A DNA stretch of 64,000 bases from Phoronis australis. Taxonomy: Eukaryota; Animalia; Phoronida. Made by a program: the position numbers and the translations under genes. The stretch spans positions 372,001-436,000 of the forward strand of contig NMRA01000337.1 of the NCBI GenBank assembly GCA_002633005.1, in the 5' to 3' direction. How positions within the stretch are numbered: the stretch's first letter is position 1; every line of letters starts with the position of its first letter. The notes under the pieces were generated by a model. The model was given only the letters and a program-made list of their open reading frames with translations, was not told the DNA's origin and made no database searches. Positions 51,910 through 64,000 of the stretch are shown here, in pieces.

Positions 51910-53463
51910 GGTTATGTCCAACCTTATTTAGTGGCCTCCATTCTAACACTTACATCAAAAAACTAAGCTTTGTCAACTAGTAAAAGTAAATGTTTTTTGA
52001 AAGAACAAAGACCAGGAAATATAAATATACTTTTTGTATTTATTTGTCATTATTATTTTTACGTAAAAAGCTTTTTTAAGCAAAAATTTCATTTTTAAGA
52101 AAGGTACATCCATAGCAAAATAACCCCTCGGTCGATTTTAACGAAACCTTTTTTAAATGAAAACTTCATCAATTACCTCAAAAACGCTGTGAGGAATTTT
52201 NATTATTTTTACGTAAAAAGCTTTTTTAAGTAAAAATTTCATTTTTAAGAAAGGTACATTCATAGCAAAATAACCCCCTCGGTCGATTTTAACAAAACCT
52301 TTTTAAAATGAAAACTTCATCAATTACCTCAAAAACGCTGTTAGGAATTTTTGATTAGTTTGTTCGTTTGGTTTCTATGACAAATCAACTCGCAAAACGT
52401 AAGGAATTTTTGTAAAAAATTGAAGTTGTATTCGTCTTTGTCACATTACACAAAAACAAAGCTTTTATATCAAAAATCCTAACAGCGTTTTTGAGATTGG
52501 TGACTAAATATTAAGTTTGGAAAGTTTCAGCGAAATCCATCGAGCCATTTTTGAGAACTCGTGTTCCTAAGTTCAAATAAAGTCGATTTGCTGAAGCCGA
52601 GAAAAAGCCGATTAAACTGGGACACGTGAAAATCTCTAAGTCTTTGGTTAACTATTCTGTGAAAACTTGTTTTCGGTATACATAACCTATAGAATCCTTA
52701 ACTATGTCACCTATTTCAATGTTTTCTTGCAATGTCAGCTAATTTTGCAGTGCGTAACTAACTTAAATATCATTAAAACCTCAAATAGACCTATCTTTCG
52801 CAGCCAACTTTTGCCGTTTTGTACGACCTACTTAGAAAAGTAGGTCACAGTTCATAGCCTGTACACGTCACGCGCTGGGAGACTGATACCAAACCAAGTA
52901 AGAAATGGATAACAAAAATTGAATTGGTGGTTAAAGTAAGTCGTTAACATGAAATCGAAACATCGAAATGTTAACTTAATAATTGAATTAAGGAATAAGG
53001 GGGAGGATTTATCTCTTTTCACAACTTTCTGTGTTCATGACCAGACTGAGGCCTGAGGCAACTCGTAGCATTCGTTTTCAACGTCAACGGTGGTATGCAT
53101 GTAGACCCACAACTCCCTTAGGATAAAAACTACGTTTTGTATTCGTTTTCCCCGGGACCATTCTATCATAACCACACCTCGTTGGTTCAATGTTATGGCG
53201 AATTTGTGAATGAAAGGACTGAGGGTATACCGGGAGACTCGATTTACTTGAAAGCCCTTTAACTTTGACCTTGGATAAGTGCTAAACAAATATCCACGCG
53301 GTTGTGCAGTTCCAAGGTGGTTCTGCTAAATCTTTTTTTTTCTCGCTACGCAGTATATATTTCGTATTTGAAGTTCCCCGAGAATGAAGATAAGGTATTT
53401 TGCTAGACACCAGTGAAATTTTGTAAAAATGGCCAATTTTTGTGAATAAGGTTAGAAATATCC
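51910..53463. mobile_element. TTAA-flanked non-autonomous element, same family as 19452-20069
   Basis: TTAA|GGTTATGTCCAACCTTATT...AATAAGGTTAGAAATATCC|TTAA imperfect TIRs. Confidence 0.55.
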
Positions 53464-54788
53464 TTAAACAGTGTCCAGTGTTATACCTTAGTGTGTCCGG
53501 TGCGATGCCTTAAACAGTGTGTCCAGTGTAATGCCTTAAACAGTGTGTCCACTGTAATGCCTTTAACAGTGTGTCCAGTCAGTGACGCCTTAAACAGTGT
53601 GTCCAGTGTAATGCCNCTGCCCTAACCTGCCCCCACCCCAACTGAAAATCCTGGATCCGCCCGATTTTTACACGGCTTTGCTAGGACTACCTGGTTAGCC
53701 AAAGACACCCAAAATGAATGACAAAATTCCATTGACGTTAGCTTTTAAGGATGAAAGCAAACGGCTTCTGTAGTACAATTACTATACAAATGCCGGCCTT
53801 AACTATATCTTTGAAATATGTCGTCTACCCGTGCTTTATCAAAATGCATTATGATTTTAGCTAAATAGCAATATCGGCACAGTAGTAGCTTTGCATTTCA
53901 ATCGTTTAAAGATAAAAACAAACGGTTTCCATCGTAGGATTTGTAAAAATATATATCCTAGGTTAGCTTTTAAATAAGTTAATATTTACTCATGTCTCAG
54001 CGTCAAAACATGCAGTGACAATGGCGAATGAGAAAAGACTGTCAAAACTGACAACGTGGGAAATAAATGCAACCCAGAAAATCCGCCCACTAGACGGTGT
54101 TGTGACGTGATGTTTGATTACACGTTTTATTCGGAGTATTGGACTTTAGTCGTAGTGATAGTTTAGTCATAACTACTTCCTGTTATCAACTTCCTGTCTC
54201 AGACCATGAGGTCATGATATAATAAAGTGATGTTTTATTAGTTAAAATCTACGAGTTAACAGCAATTCGTTACAGGTGTAACAAAAATTTATTAAATACT
54301 AAAGTGATACAACCATAAACATTCATGCATATCTGGTATACGGATAAGTTTAATAAGTAATAATAAAACACGGTGATCTCTAATGAAATTTCCAAAAGAT
54401 CTCCATGATAGTAAGTAGCAGCATGTGTTGATAACAAGGATGGATGTAAATAGAAATATTCATCTGCAGAACTCCAATCATTGTTAAGAGCAATGCTCTT
54501 TCAATGACTTGGTTATAATAGACCAAGCAGGTTGTCATGGTTATTCTAGTCTTGCTGCTGTTCTACTCCACTGTAACTGACTGTCTGTGTATCATTAGTT
54601 GTTGATGGCATAGCAAGGTGGTCACTGCAACTAGTCATGACACTGTCACAGTCTTGAAGGGTGAATCCAGTGGAATATTCTTAAGAAATCTTTCATTATG
54701 TAAAGACACTCACACATGCTTACAAACAATACATTGTACTCTTAGATTCAGCACTATATGTTAAGTGAAAATTGACAATAAATGTAAC

Positions 54789-57700
54789 AACAAGAGCAAC
54801 GCAGAGCATTAAAATGCGCCCACGAATGCACCGCAAACGATGTGCGTCTAGATTTGTTCATTTCTATCATGAAATGGCCACTAGATGGCGCAACACATCC
54901 ACTCCTGAAAACGGAACATGCCACCGGTTCTTTAATAGAAAGCAATTAACCAAATTTCCTGTCAAGGAACTTCAGAGCAGCAAAGGAAAACGGAAAAAGT
55001 GAAATTGCACCAAGAGGGTGCACCATCTGCCTCAAACTCGTCATCTATTGTTAGCTTCATTTACACTTACTAAATTTAATAAAGATCTTGCATCGGGTTT
55101 TGGAAATACAGCTACGGCTGCAAAACAAAATAAAACCACCACTAGGAGATGCCACAGTAACCGAAGTTGTCAGCGTAACCAACCTCTTCACACTGAGTAC
55201 ACGCCAATTTTCAAAGCCATTCTTAGAATAGTTTGGTTGATAGAGGGGTGGACGCCAAGACACAGACTGGAAAACAATAAAAATGGCCACTAGGTGGCGC
55301 AAACTACCTAGAATGCATCTGAAAACAGGAGGATGGCGTCACAGGGCTCAACATTAACTTTTATTTTAACTTGTCCATACGGACAAGTAGAAATGAAATT
55401 TACTAGTCCTGACCTATAAGACACTTGTCCGAAGATAATTAAATTCAAATTATACTTTTCAAACATATGTGAATGTTGCACATTATACCTGTTAGCACAA
55501 GCCCAATAAACATGTGAAAGAGCATATATTACACGAGATTTAAATTTTGCACAAGTTTATTAAAGTGGGTATTTGTATTTGGATTTCACCAGTGAACACG
55601 CTACAAGTTTCCCCTGGCTTTTTAATTCAGTTATATAATGCTGAGTGAGCCGTCGACTGTTCATGACTTCAGAGATTCGATCCTGAACACATCTGACCCA
55701 TACTCAACAGATGAACTGTTTGCGTCGCGTATTTTGCAGATGGGACACAACAAATTTTACTTCTGGTCGCTATCAAACCGTACGGTAACCTGTCAAAATC
55801 TTTCTTTCATTTCGGAAGAAATTCCTGTTTTTGTTTATTGGTTTCATACAGTTGCTTGGTGATTTCACGCCCTTTGGTTTGGTTACCACTTGCAAGATCA
55901 GAACTCCACGACTTGAAACCATACGCAAACTAACTACCCCTACTCGTCCGCGTTACCGCTCTGGGCGCTTAAATTGGGAATCTAATAAAAACGGGGTGGG
56001 CGGTAAGCCGAGCATGGGCGGTTAAAATCGAAATTTTGGAAAGTCAGTTGTTGCTTACTGCACTGAGGACCGATTTCACCCTAACGGAGATACACTGACG
56101 TCGGATTTCAAGCATATCAGTTAAAAATAGAGGTCGTTGGATTGAAGTAACGGACTTCGACGACCCGCGCACACGATACAGTGACGTCGTGATCCTGAGC
56201 GTCCTTGGGTTTTTACGTACCGTGGTCGCTGCTGGTCATCTCTTAGAACTAAGTTATTCCTACAGGTAGGCGTGTGTTCAGTAGGGCAAGTTTCTTGAGA
56301 GAAAAGACAGATCAAGCAAGACACCACTAGTTTGCGGTGTATTTTTAAGGGAAGCACTTGATTGTGTAAAGATTTGCTGGGCAATTAGGCAACCCAGCAC
56401 GTGCTAATGATTGACAGGTCTTCTTATTGAATAATTTGCACAATGCAACGTTTTATATACATTATTTCTTTTTGAGTTCAAAGCCAACACCGCTGTCGTT
56501 CAAAGCACGTGCTTAACAATCCGACGATACTACTATTAGGCAATAGGGGTACTCGGTCAGCTGCCAAAATAATGAAGCAACAACACATCTTGTAAAGTCA
56601 TCAGGCAAATCAAGAGTTCAAAAAAATAAGTTATTAACCACGTAGAACATGGACAAAATGTTTGACTTGCACTAATGACAAGATTTTTTTGGGCTCTTGC
56701 CTTTGATTGGGCGCTTCCATTTTGGTGTCGGGAGAGAAAGTCATTAAAAACATGCGTTTAACCAAGACGGGAATAGCGACACAAGTTGGCTTGTCACAAT
56801 GGACCATGTCTTTTCTTATTTCAATGCTCAGGGTGGTTATGCTTCTTGTACTGTCACGAGGAATCACAGAAAGATTGGCCACGGACATGATATTCCTGTC
56901 AAGTACCGCTTTGCTGGTTCTTCAGCAAACTAAATATATTCGACGAGCGCCGTCTCAGTGATCAGTACATGCGAACATGAGTTGCGCGCGTGAGCCAAAG
57001 GAAACAATTGTGTCTCCTTCAGTAAAGGGCATGAGAATACGGGTATTTTACCGCCATTTAAGGCAAGGTCCCTGTTCCGCTAAACCCGATTGATTGTCAC
57101 AGAAAGGTAATTGAGTTGCGCATGTTTTGGAATCTTAATTTTGTGCGACGAACGTTCGCAGAAAAATTCATTGACTTGTCCTGTGGGACAAGCTGCTCGG
57201 CCGTGAGCTTGTCTGGATCAACAAATTTGTTGTCCCGGGCAGTCGGACTTCCGTTAATGTCGAGCCCTGCGTCATCTCACCAATAAATGCCTATATTCCA
57301 GATTTTATGAAAATACGTTAAGGTACAAAGGTAAACAAAAAACTAAAATTGCCACTAGGGGGCGCACCAGTTATTCGATTACGTGCGAAAGTCGTCCCTG
57401 TCCGTTGCCACCTTCATATAAATACACTGGCTAAGTTTAGTAAAGATCCCGCAAACGGTTTAGGAGATACAGTCATGAGTGCAAAAAAAACTGCCACTAG
57501 GAGGCGCCACAGTAGTTGAAGTCGTTGGAAAATCATCGTCAGCCATCCTCTTGATGGTAAGAACATACACGTCAATTTTCACCACCATTCTTAGAGTGGT
57601 TTGGTTGGTAGAGGAGTGGATGCCAAAAAACACTCGAAAACAGTAAAAATGGCCACTAGGTTGCGCAAACTACATCGAATCCAGCCGAAAACGAGAGGAT

Positions 57701-57986
57701 AGTTTCAACTCACTAATAGATACCTATGCTCTAAATTTTATGAAAATACGTTGAGGACTTTCAAAGATACAGAGGTAAGTGTAAAAAACTAAAATTGCCA
57801 CTAGGGGGCACACCGGAGAGGTCCGAAATTCATAGTCATCGGTTGTGACCTTCTACGAACACAACTGCCAAATCTCATCAAGATCCTGTGAGAGGTTTAG
57901 GAGATACAGCTGCGGACGCCGTACGCCTGGGCAGACAGAGCCGACGGCAATATGCGACCACATATAAATATGTGGGCGCATAAAAA
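54789..57986 (+). mobile_element. pearl/HINE-like element interrupted by a nested transposon
   Basis: 5' aacaagagcaacgc, internal tandem modules, 3' ccacatataaatatgtggg hairpin plus cataaaaa. Confidence 0.75.
55342..57269. mobile_element. TIR element with a 5-bp TSD (hAT5-like), carrying a truncated copy of the 4953-6260 element
   Basis: CAGGGCTCAACATTAAC...GTTAATGTCGAGCCCTG; CGTCA at 55337-55341 and 57270-57274. Confidence 0.85.
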
Positions 57987-58160
57987 TGAATGCCTGAATT
58001 GGCCCATCTGAGTAAGTTAAAAAAAAATGCCTTGAATTTTATCTTGACCACCAAAAATGTTAAAGAATAACTTAACCCTGGCTTTCTGATCAAAGGTATT
58101 GAAATTTATTAAATTTGACCAGAATGAGCAGGCAACAAAAATCATGTCTCCTAAACAGCG

Positions 58161-59898
58161 TACAAGAGCAACGCACAGCGTTGAAATGTGCCCACGAATG
58201 CACCGTAAATAGTGTGCTTCTAGGGTTGTTTTTTTGTTTCATAAAAACAGCCACCAGATTGCGCAAAAATATCCAATCCACCTGAAAACAGGAAAATGCC
58301 ATCGCTTCTATAATAACAAATTTCATAAAAATTTGTTGAGGAACTTGAGAGAAATGAAGGAAAACAAGAAAATTAAACTGCCACAGTGGGACACAGCGTT
58401 CATTGGATGGGCCTGAAAGACGTCTGTTGTTAGCTTCAAATAAATACAATTACTAAGCTTAATAAAGATCATGTAGTGTGTTAAGGAGGTGCAGCTATGG
58501 GCGCAAAACAATACAAAACTATCACTAGGGGGCGCCACAGTAGTCGAATTGGTTATAGTCAATCGCCCTCTTCACACTGAAAACATACACGCCAATTTTC
58601 AAAATCATCCTTAGAATGGTTTGGGTGATCGAAGGGTGGACGCCAAAAACAGACTCGAAAACAGGAAAAATGGCCACTTAGTGGCGCAAAGTACCTCGAT
58701 TCCATTCGAAAACGGGAGGATAGCATCATCTCGCCAAAAGATGTATATATTCCAAATTTTCTGAAAATCTGTTGACCTTTGAAAATAAAGGTAAACCTAA
58801 ATAACTAAAATTGTTACTAGGGGGCACACTGGTAGTCAGATCCGTTAGAAAGCTGTTGTCATCCGTTGTGAACATAATATAAATACACTTTCTAAATTTA
58901 GTAAAGATCCTGAAAACAGTTTAGGATATAAAACCATGGGTGCAAAAAATGCCACTAGGAGGCACCACAAGTTTCGAAGTCGTCGGAAAATCATGGTCAG
59001 CTTCCTAGAAAGAACATACATGAAAATTTTCAGTCATCCTTAAAACCGTTTGGTTGATAGAGGGGTGGACACCAAAAAATAGACTAAGAAACAGTAAAAA
59101 TGGCCTCTAGGTGGTGCAAACCATGTCAAATCCATCCGAAAACGGGATGATAGCGTCATCTCACTACTAGACGCCAAATTTTATGGCAATACGTTGAGGA
59201 CCTTTGAAGATACTGAGGTAAATGTAAAAAACTGAAATTGCCACTAGGGGACACATCGGTAGTCAGATGCGTCCAAAGCTCGTCATCATTCATTGTCAAC
59301 ATCATATAAATATACTTGCTAAATTTCATAAAGATCCTGCCAACGGTTTAAAAAATACAACCATGGGCGCAAAAAAAAATGCCACTAGGAGGCGCCATAG
59401 TAGACAAATCCTTGGAAAATCATCGTCAGTTGTCCTCTTCATAGTAAAAACATACATGCCAATTTTCACAATCATCCTTTGAGCAGTTTGGTTGCTACAG
59501 GGGTGGACGCCAAAAAACAGACTCGAAAACAGCAAAAATGGCCACTAGGTGGTGCAAACTTTGTCGAATCCATCCGTGAACAGAAGGATAGCGTCATCTC
59601 ACTAACAGATTCCTATATGCCAAATTGTATGAAAATATGTTTAGGACCTTTGATGATATAGAGGTAAGCGTAAAAAACTAAAATTGCCACTAGGGGACAC
59701 AACGGTAGTCGGATCCATCTGAAAGTTCACTCATGCTGTCCCACCCATCCTTGAATGAAACGTGCTAAATTTCATGAACGTATGTCAAAGGGGTTTTGAA
59801 GATAGAGCAGTGGACGCGTGACGCCAGACGGACGCCGGACGGATGGACAGAGATGACGGCATAATGCATCCACATATAAATATGTGGGCGCATAAAAA
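58161..59898 (+). mobile_element. pearl/HINE-like element with ~430-445 bp internal tandem units
   Basis: Same termini as 54789-57986; gacggacg microsatellite before the 3' hairpin. Confidence 0.8.
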
Positions 59899-60931
59899 TG
59901 ATGACTCTGACTCTTGACAACCATTTTTAAAGTTTGGCTTTGAGGGTCTCAACAAATTAATTAAAATAAATTCAGTCTGCATGCACAAAATTACCCTACT
60001 CACAAACTGCTTGTCCCCCCAGTTGGATTCAGCTTATCCATGTTTTTCCATGCAAACATAGAATGGGAATTGCAATCACCATGAACAGTTTAGATATAGA
60101 CTGCTCAATGGCCAGATAGACTTACTCGACGCAGTTACACGTATTTGATAACCTCATGTAATCCAGCAATGATGATTTAAACAGCATGCCTGATGCTCAT
60201 CGATATTCAATAATACTATTTCCAAACGACGTTCAACAAATGTCATGAAGAAGATGTCTTTTTGTGACCTGTACTATCATCAAAAAACTTCCAACAGAGA
60301 AAAACGGTTGAGTTTCGGAGAAATAAAAATTAACTTTCACTTTTTGATCCCTTTGTGTGACTGTAAGCTCTGACCTGCCTACTAATCCAGCGTTGTGTAT
60401 CAAAACAATAAGCTTGTTTGTCAAATTTAATCCAACTTGATACTAGAACAATCTATTCCATCGCATACTACATCAGATCGTGATGACGTAAATTTCTTCT
60501 TTTCAACAAGGTAATGGTATGTAACTGAGAAGTACTCCATGCCTAGTTTGACAAGCTTGGCAATGAAAAAAGGCAATACATATTGAGTCCCTCCCATTTG
60601 TGAAAATGAAATATGTCAAAAATTTCAAAACAAATATTTTTTAAGAAGACATTTTCTATTTTTAGGCACTATGACCTTAATGTATTTAGCACTTACCACA
60701 TGATATCTTCAGGAATACAAACACAACTTCTTATGATCAATTTTCATTCCCCAAAATTTTCAAGTGTTGCCATAGATTTCGATGATAAGCTTTTTTGCCA
60801 GGCAACTACCTAATACAGATTGCAAACTTGAATGGCTTGACATTACATTAGTAGGCATGGACAGTTACATATTATGCAGAGTTGAGGGCCTGGTACTCGA
60901 GAGCACTGCATCCTTGTGGCCAGAATTGCAA

Positions 60932-61125
60932 CTAGACCTCCTCCATGGACTGCATTGGTGCACTCCTCTGTTTGTACACCACTTCTGGACCTCCTGAATA
61001 GATATCTGTGAAGAAGCGCCACTCTTGTTCAGAAACTTGACCGTAGTCAGAGCCTGACCGCAAGGAGTACCCCCCACCAGGACGCTGCACAGCGATGTTC
61101 TTGTTATCCACTGGGCCGGGTGGGT
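60932..61125 (-). CDS. USP20/USP33: Last coding exon of a USP20/USP33-like ubiquitin-specific protease (end of C-terminal DUSP domain)
   Basis: PPGPVDNKNIAVQRPGGGYSLRSGSDYGQVSEQEWRFFTDIYSGGPEVV matches the family pattern PPGPIDN...GADYGQISEETW...YGGGPE; acceptor tcttttcacag; TAG stop. Confidence 0.88.
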
Positions 61126-62029
61126 CTGTGAAAAGACAACAACATGCATCTGGGTTATGCAACAATGGGTAAAAACAAATTTTGGAGTAAAAGCTTGACT
61201 CCCAAGTTGTGCAGTCAAGCTGCATTACTTGAACTTGTTACCACCATTATGCTCCAAAAACAGTCCATCCACAAGAGTATGCACCAATAACAATCCATCC
61301 ACAAGTACCAAGTCAACAGTACTGTATAGTTTGATAGATTTAAAGCAAATCTGGGTTACATGCAACATTTCTGAAAGAAATTGGGGGAGGATTATTGTAA
61401 AGAATTTTGCACTGTCATTCCATCTAGAGCTTACTCATGGAACGAGTCTACTTCTAGACAACTGCCAAACAAAGTGTTTTAACACAAAAACGATAAACTG
61501 TGAACTTCAGTTTTTAAAAATTAACTAACACTTCAGTGTTTGTTACAATCTATACAGGAATACACGACTAAATTCAAATGTTAAGAACACTTGATATCAA
61601 AAACGCCCACAAGTGGTGCACCGATACTTACTACATTGTTGCAACAAGTTGGCATGGGATTCCGTAATACAATATTTGGGACAAAATACCTCACAAAACA
61701 AGTTGTTTCAAGCCGCAGACAAACTGTTTTCACTCGATGAACTCCTCCTTCGTGTCCAACTGGGGCTCTCTATGAGGGGGTGGCAGATACACATTCTCGG
61801 CACAGATACCCAACACAAATCAAATCAAAGTGATTGTGGTCATCCACAGCACTGAACACCAGTCAAACCCAAAAGGCCAATTGTCTATGATGACAGCCAT
61901 ACATATTGAGAGACACTTTGTGTAGCCCCATCAAGACACAAGTGTTCATACTAACATCCCAACACAAATTGTTCCTGTTCATTAAACATCTTCATGAAAA
62001 CTACATAGACACACTCGGCAGACGGGCAT

Positions 62030-62379
62030 CTTTCCATACTCACTATCCCCCTTCCATACTCACTGTCCTCCCTTCCATACTCACTATCCCCCTTCCATAC
62101 TCACTATCCTCCCTTCCATACTCACTGTCCTCCCTTCCATACTCACTGTCCTCCCTTCCATACTCGCTGTTACCCCTTCCATATTCTCTGTCCTCCCTTC
62201 CGTACTCACTGTCCCCCCTTCTGTACTCACTGCCCTCCCTTCCATACTCACTGCCCTCTCATCCATACTCACTGTCCTCCCTTCCATATTCTCTGTCCTA
62301 CCTTCCGTAATCACTGTCCCCCCTTCCACACTCACTGTCCTCCCTTCCATACTCACTGCCCTCCCTTCAATACTCACTG
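62030..62379. repeat. 21-bp CT-rich minisatellite (cccttccatactcactgtcct) running into a gap
   Basis: Visible tandem array. Confidence 0.95.
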
Positions 62380-62910
62380 NNNNNNNNNNNNNNNNNNNNN
62401 NNNNNNNNNNNNNNNNNNNNNNNNNNNNNNNNNNNNNNNNNNNNNNNNNNNNNNNNNNNNNNNNNNNNNNNNNNNNNNNNNNNNNNNNNNNNNNNNNNNN
62501 NNNNNNNNNNNNNNNNNNNNNNNNNNNNNNNNNNNNNNNNNNNNNNNNNNNNNNNNNNNNNNNNNNNNNNNNNNNNNNNNNNNNNNNNNNNNNNNNNNNN
62601 NNNNNNNNNNNNNNNNNNNNNNNNNNNNNNNNNNNNNNNNNNNNNNNNNNNNNNNNNNNNNNNNNNNNNNNNNNNNNNNNNNNNNNNNNNNNNNNNNNNN
62701 NNNNNNNNNNNNNNNNNNNNNNNNNNNNNNNNNNNNNNNNNNNNNNNNNNNNNNNNNNNNNNNNNNNNNNNNNNNNNNNNNNNNNNNNNNNNNNNNNNNN
62801 NNNNNNNNNNNNNNNNNNNNNNNNNNNNNNNNNNNNNNNNNNNNNNNNNNNNNNNNNNNNNNNNNNNNNNNNNNNNNNNNNNNNNNNNNNNNNNNNNNNN
62901 NNNNNNNNNN

Positions 62911-63640
62911 AATCGTGTGCCTGTGTGAGTTAAACATACCAGTGGGTAATCAATGACTTTAGAAATAATCGTGTGCCTGTGTGAGTTAAACATACCAGTG
63001 GGTAATCAATGACTTTAGAAATAATCGTGTGCCTGTGTGAGTTAAACATACCAGTGGGTAATCAATGACTTTAGAAATAATCGTGTGCCTGTGTGAGTTA
63101 AACATACCAGTGGGTAATCAATGACTTTAGAAATAATCGTGTGCCTGTGTGAGTTAAACATACCAGTGGGTAATCAATGACTTTAGAAATAATCGTGTGC
63201 CTGTGTGAGTTAAACATACCAGTGGGTAATCAATGACTTTAGAAATAATCGTGTGCCTGTGTGAGTTAAACATACCAGTGGGTAATCAATGACTTTAGAA
63301 ATAATCGTGTGCCTGTGTGAGTTAAACATACCAGTGGGTAATCAATGACTTTAGAAATAATCGTGTGCCTGTGTGAGTTAAACATACCAGTGGGTAATCA
63401 ATGACTTTAGAAATAATCGTGTGCCTGTGTGAGTTAAACATACCAGTGGGTAATCAATGACTTTAGAAATAATCGTGTGCCTGTGTGAGTTAAACATAGC
63501 AGTGGGTAATCAATGACTTTAGAAAGAATTGTTTGCCTCAGTGAGTTAAACAAAGGAGTGAGTAATCAGCAACTTAAGAAATAATCATATGTCTGAGTGA
63601 GTTAAACATATATGTACCAGTGGGTAATCTGAGACTTTAG
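62911..63640. repeat. 56-bp tandem repeat, about 10 identical copies followed by degenerate ones
   Basis: Unit aatcgtgtgcctgtgtgagttaaacataccagtgggtaatcaatgactttagaaat. Confidence 0.97.
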
Positions 63641-63847
63641 GAACAATATGAAAACAAAAGCTAAAGGACGGCACAATTGTGTAAACACACTGGCATGTAA
63701 CTTGTAACTTTACACCGAGTGCACAGTAACTTCGTGATTAAGTATAAGTTTTATGAGAAAATGCACAACGACTTGCGAGATACAACATTCCACATAATCC
63801 TACATAAATGGAGATAGTCAACAGTAATGTTGGAAGACTGCCAGGCT

Positions 63848-64000
63848 GACAACACTGGAATGAACCGTGAGTTGTCTAATGACAGTGCAGGAATACTGCC
63901 TGCCCGATAACACTGGAATGGACCATGAGTTGTCTAATGACAGTGCAGGAATACTGCCTACCCGATAACACTGAATGGACCGTGAGTTGTCTAATGACAG
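63848..64000. repeat. ~57-59 bp tandem repeat at the window end
   Basis: aacactggaatggaccgtgagttgtctaatgacagtgcaggaatactgcc repeated. Confidence 0.85.

Larger units (their letters stand above)
47140..53615. repeat. 26-bp satellite (cagtgtgtccagtgtaatgccttaaa) in three blocks (47140-47405, 50816-51070, 53464-53615), separated by inserted elements
   Basis: Same unit in all blocks; breaks at the TTAA of the unit. Confidence 0.9.

Noticed and set aside
52050-52350. ~150-bp direct duplication
   Set aside because: The copies flank a single N at 52201, typical of an unmerged contig overlap
54546-54679. Short minus-strand open frame (YSTGFTLQDCDSVMTSCSDHLAMP…QQQD*) as an alternative USP20/33 terminal exon
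   Set aside because: No homology, and the USP exon at 60932 already has a stop codon
62911-63640. CRISPR-like appearance of regular repeats (also 15165-15485 and 28980-29207)
   Set aside because: Head-to-tail units with no unique spacers, no cas genes, eukaryotic context

Overview
AT-rich animal genomic DNA from a draft assembly (N gaps at 24504-24898, 40478-40495 and 62380-62910, plus single-N joins). It is probably a non-vertebrate bilaterian such as a mollusc; this is inferred from the Cav3 exon-12a/12b layout and pearl/HINE-like repeats. The main feature is a minus-strand, multi-exon T-type voltage-gated calcium channel gene (Cav3, CACNA1G/H/I family). Its exons can be traced with GT-AG boundaries and consistent phases from the IS3-S4 loop (36636) through domain II into the II-III linker (~1693). 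The last coding exon of a USP20/USP33-like deubiquitinase lies upstream on the same strand (60932-61125). The most notable observation is that the domain II pore module is encoded by two consecutive pairs of duplicated exons. One is the known turret pair 12a/12b; here 12a is unusual in having one Cys and a very basic loop. The other is a second pair encoding the selectivity filter plus S6 gate, one copy of which is strongly divergent yet intact. Together they could give four pore variants. Intronic stem-loops flank both pairs. Other signals: a 42-bp exon-end/donor tandem duplication, a candidate 27-nt microexon, an exon-8b-type internal donor, Cav3 5' exons not found in the window, nested DNA transposons, hammerhead-like inverted repeats and repeat-borne CTCF-like motif arrays.
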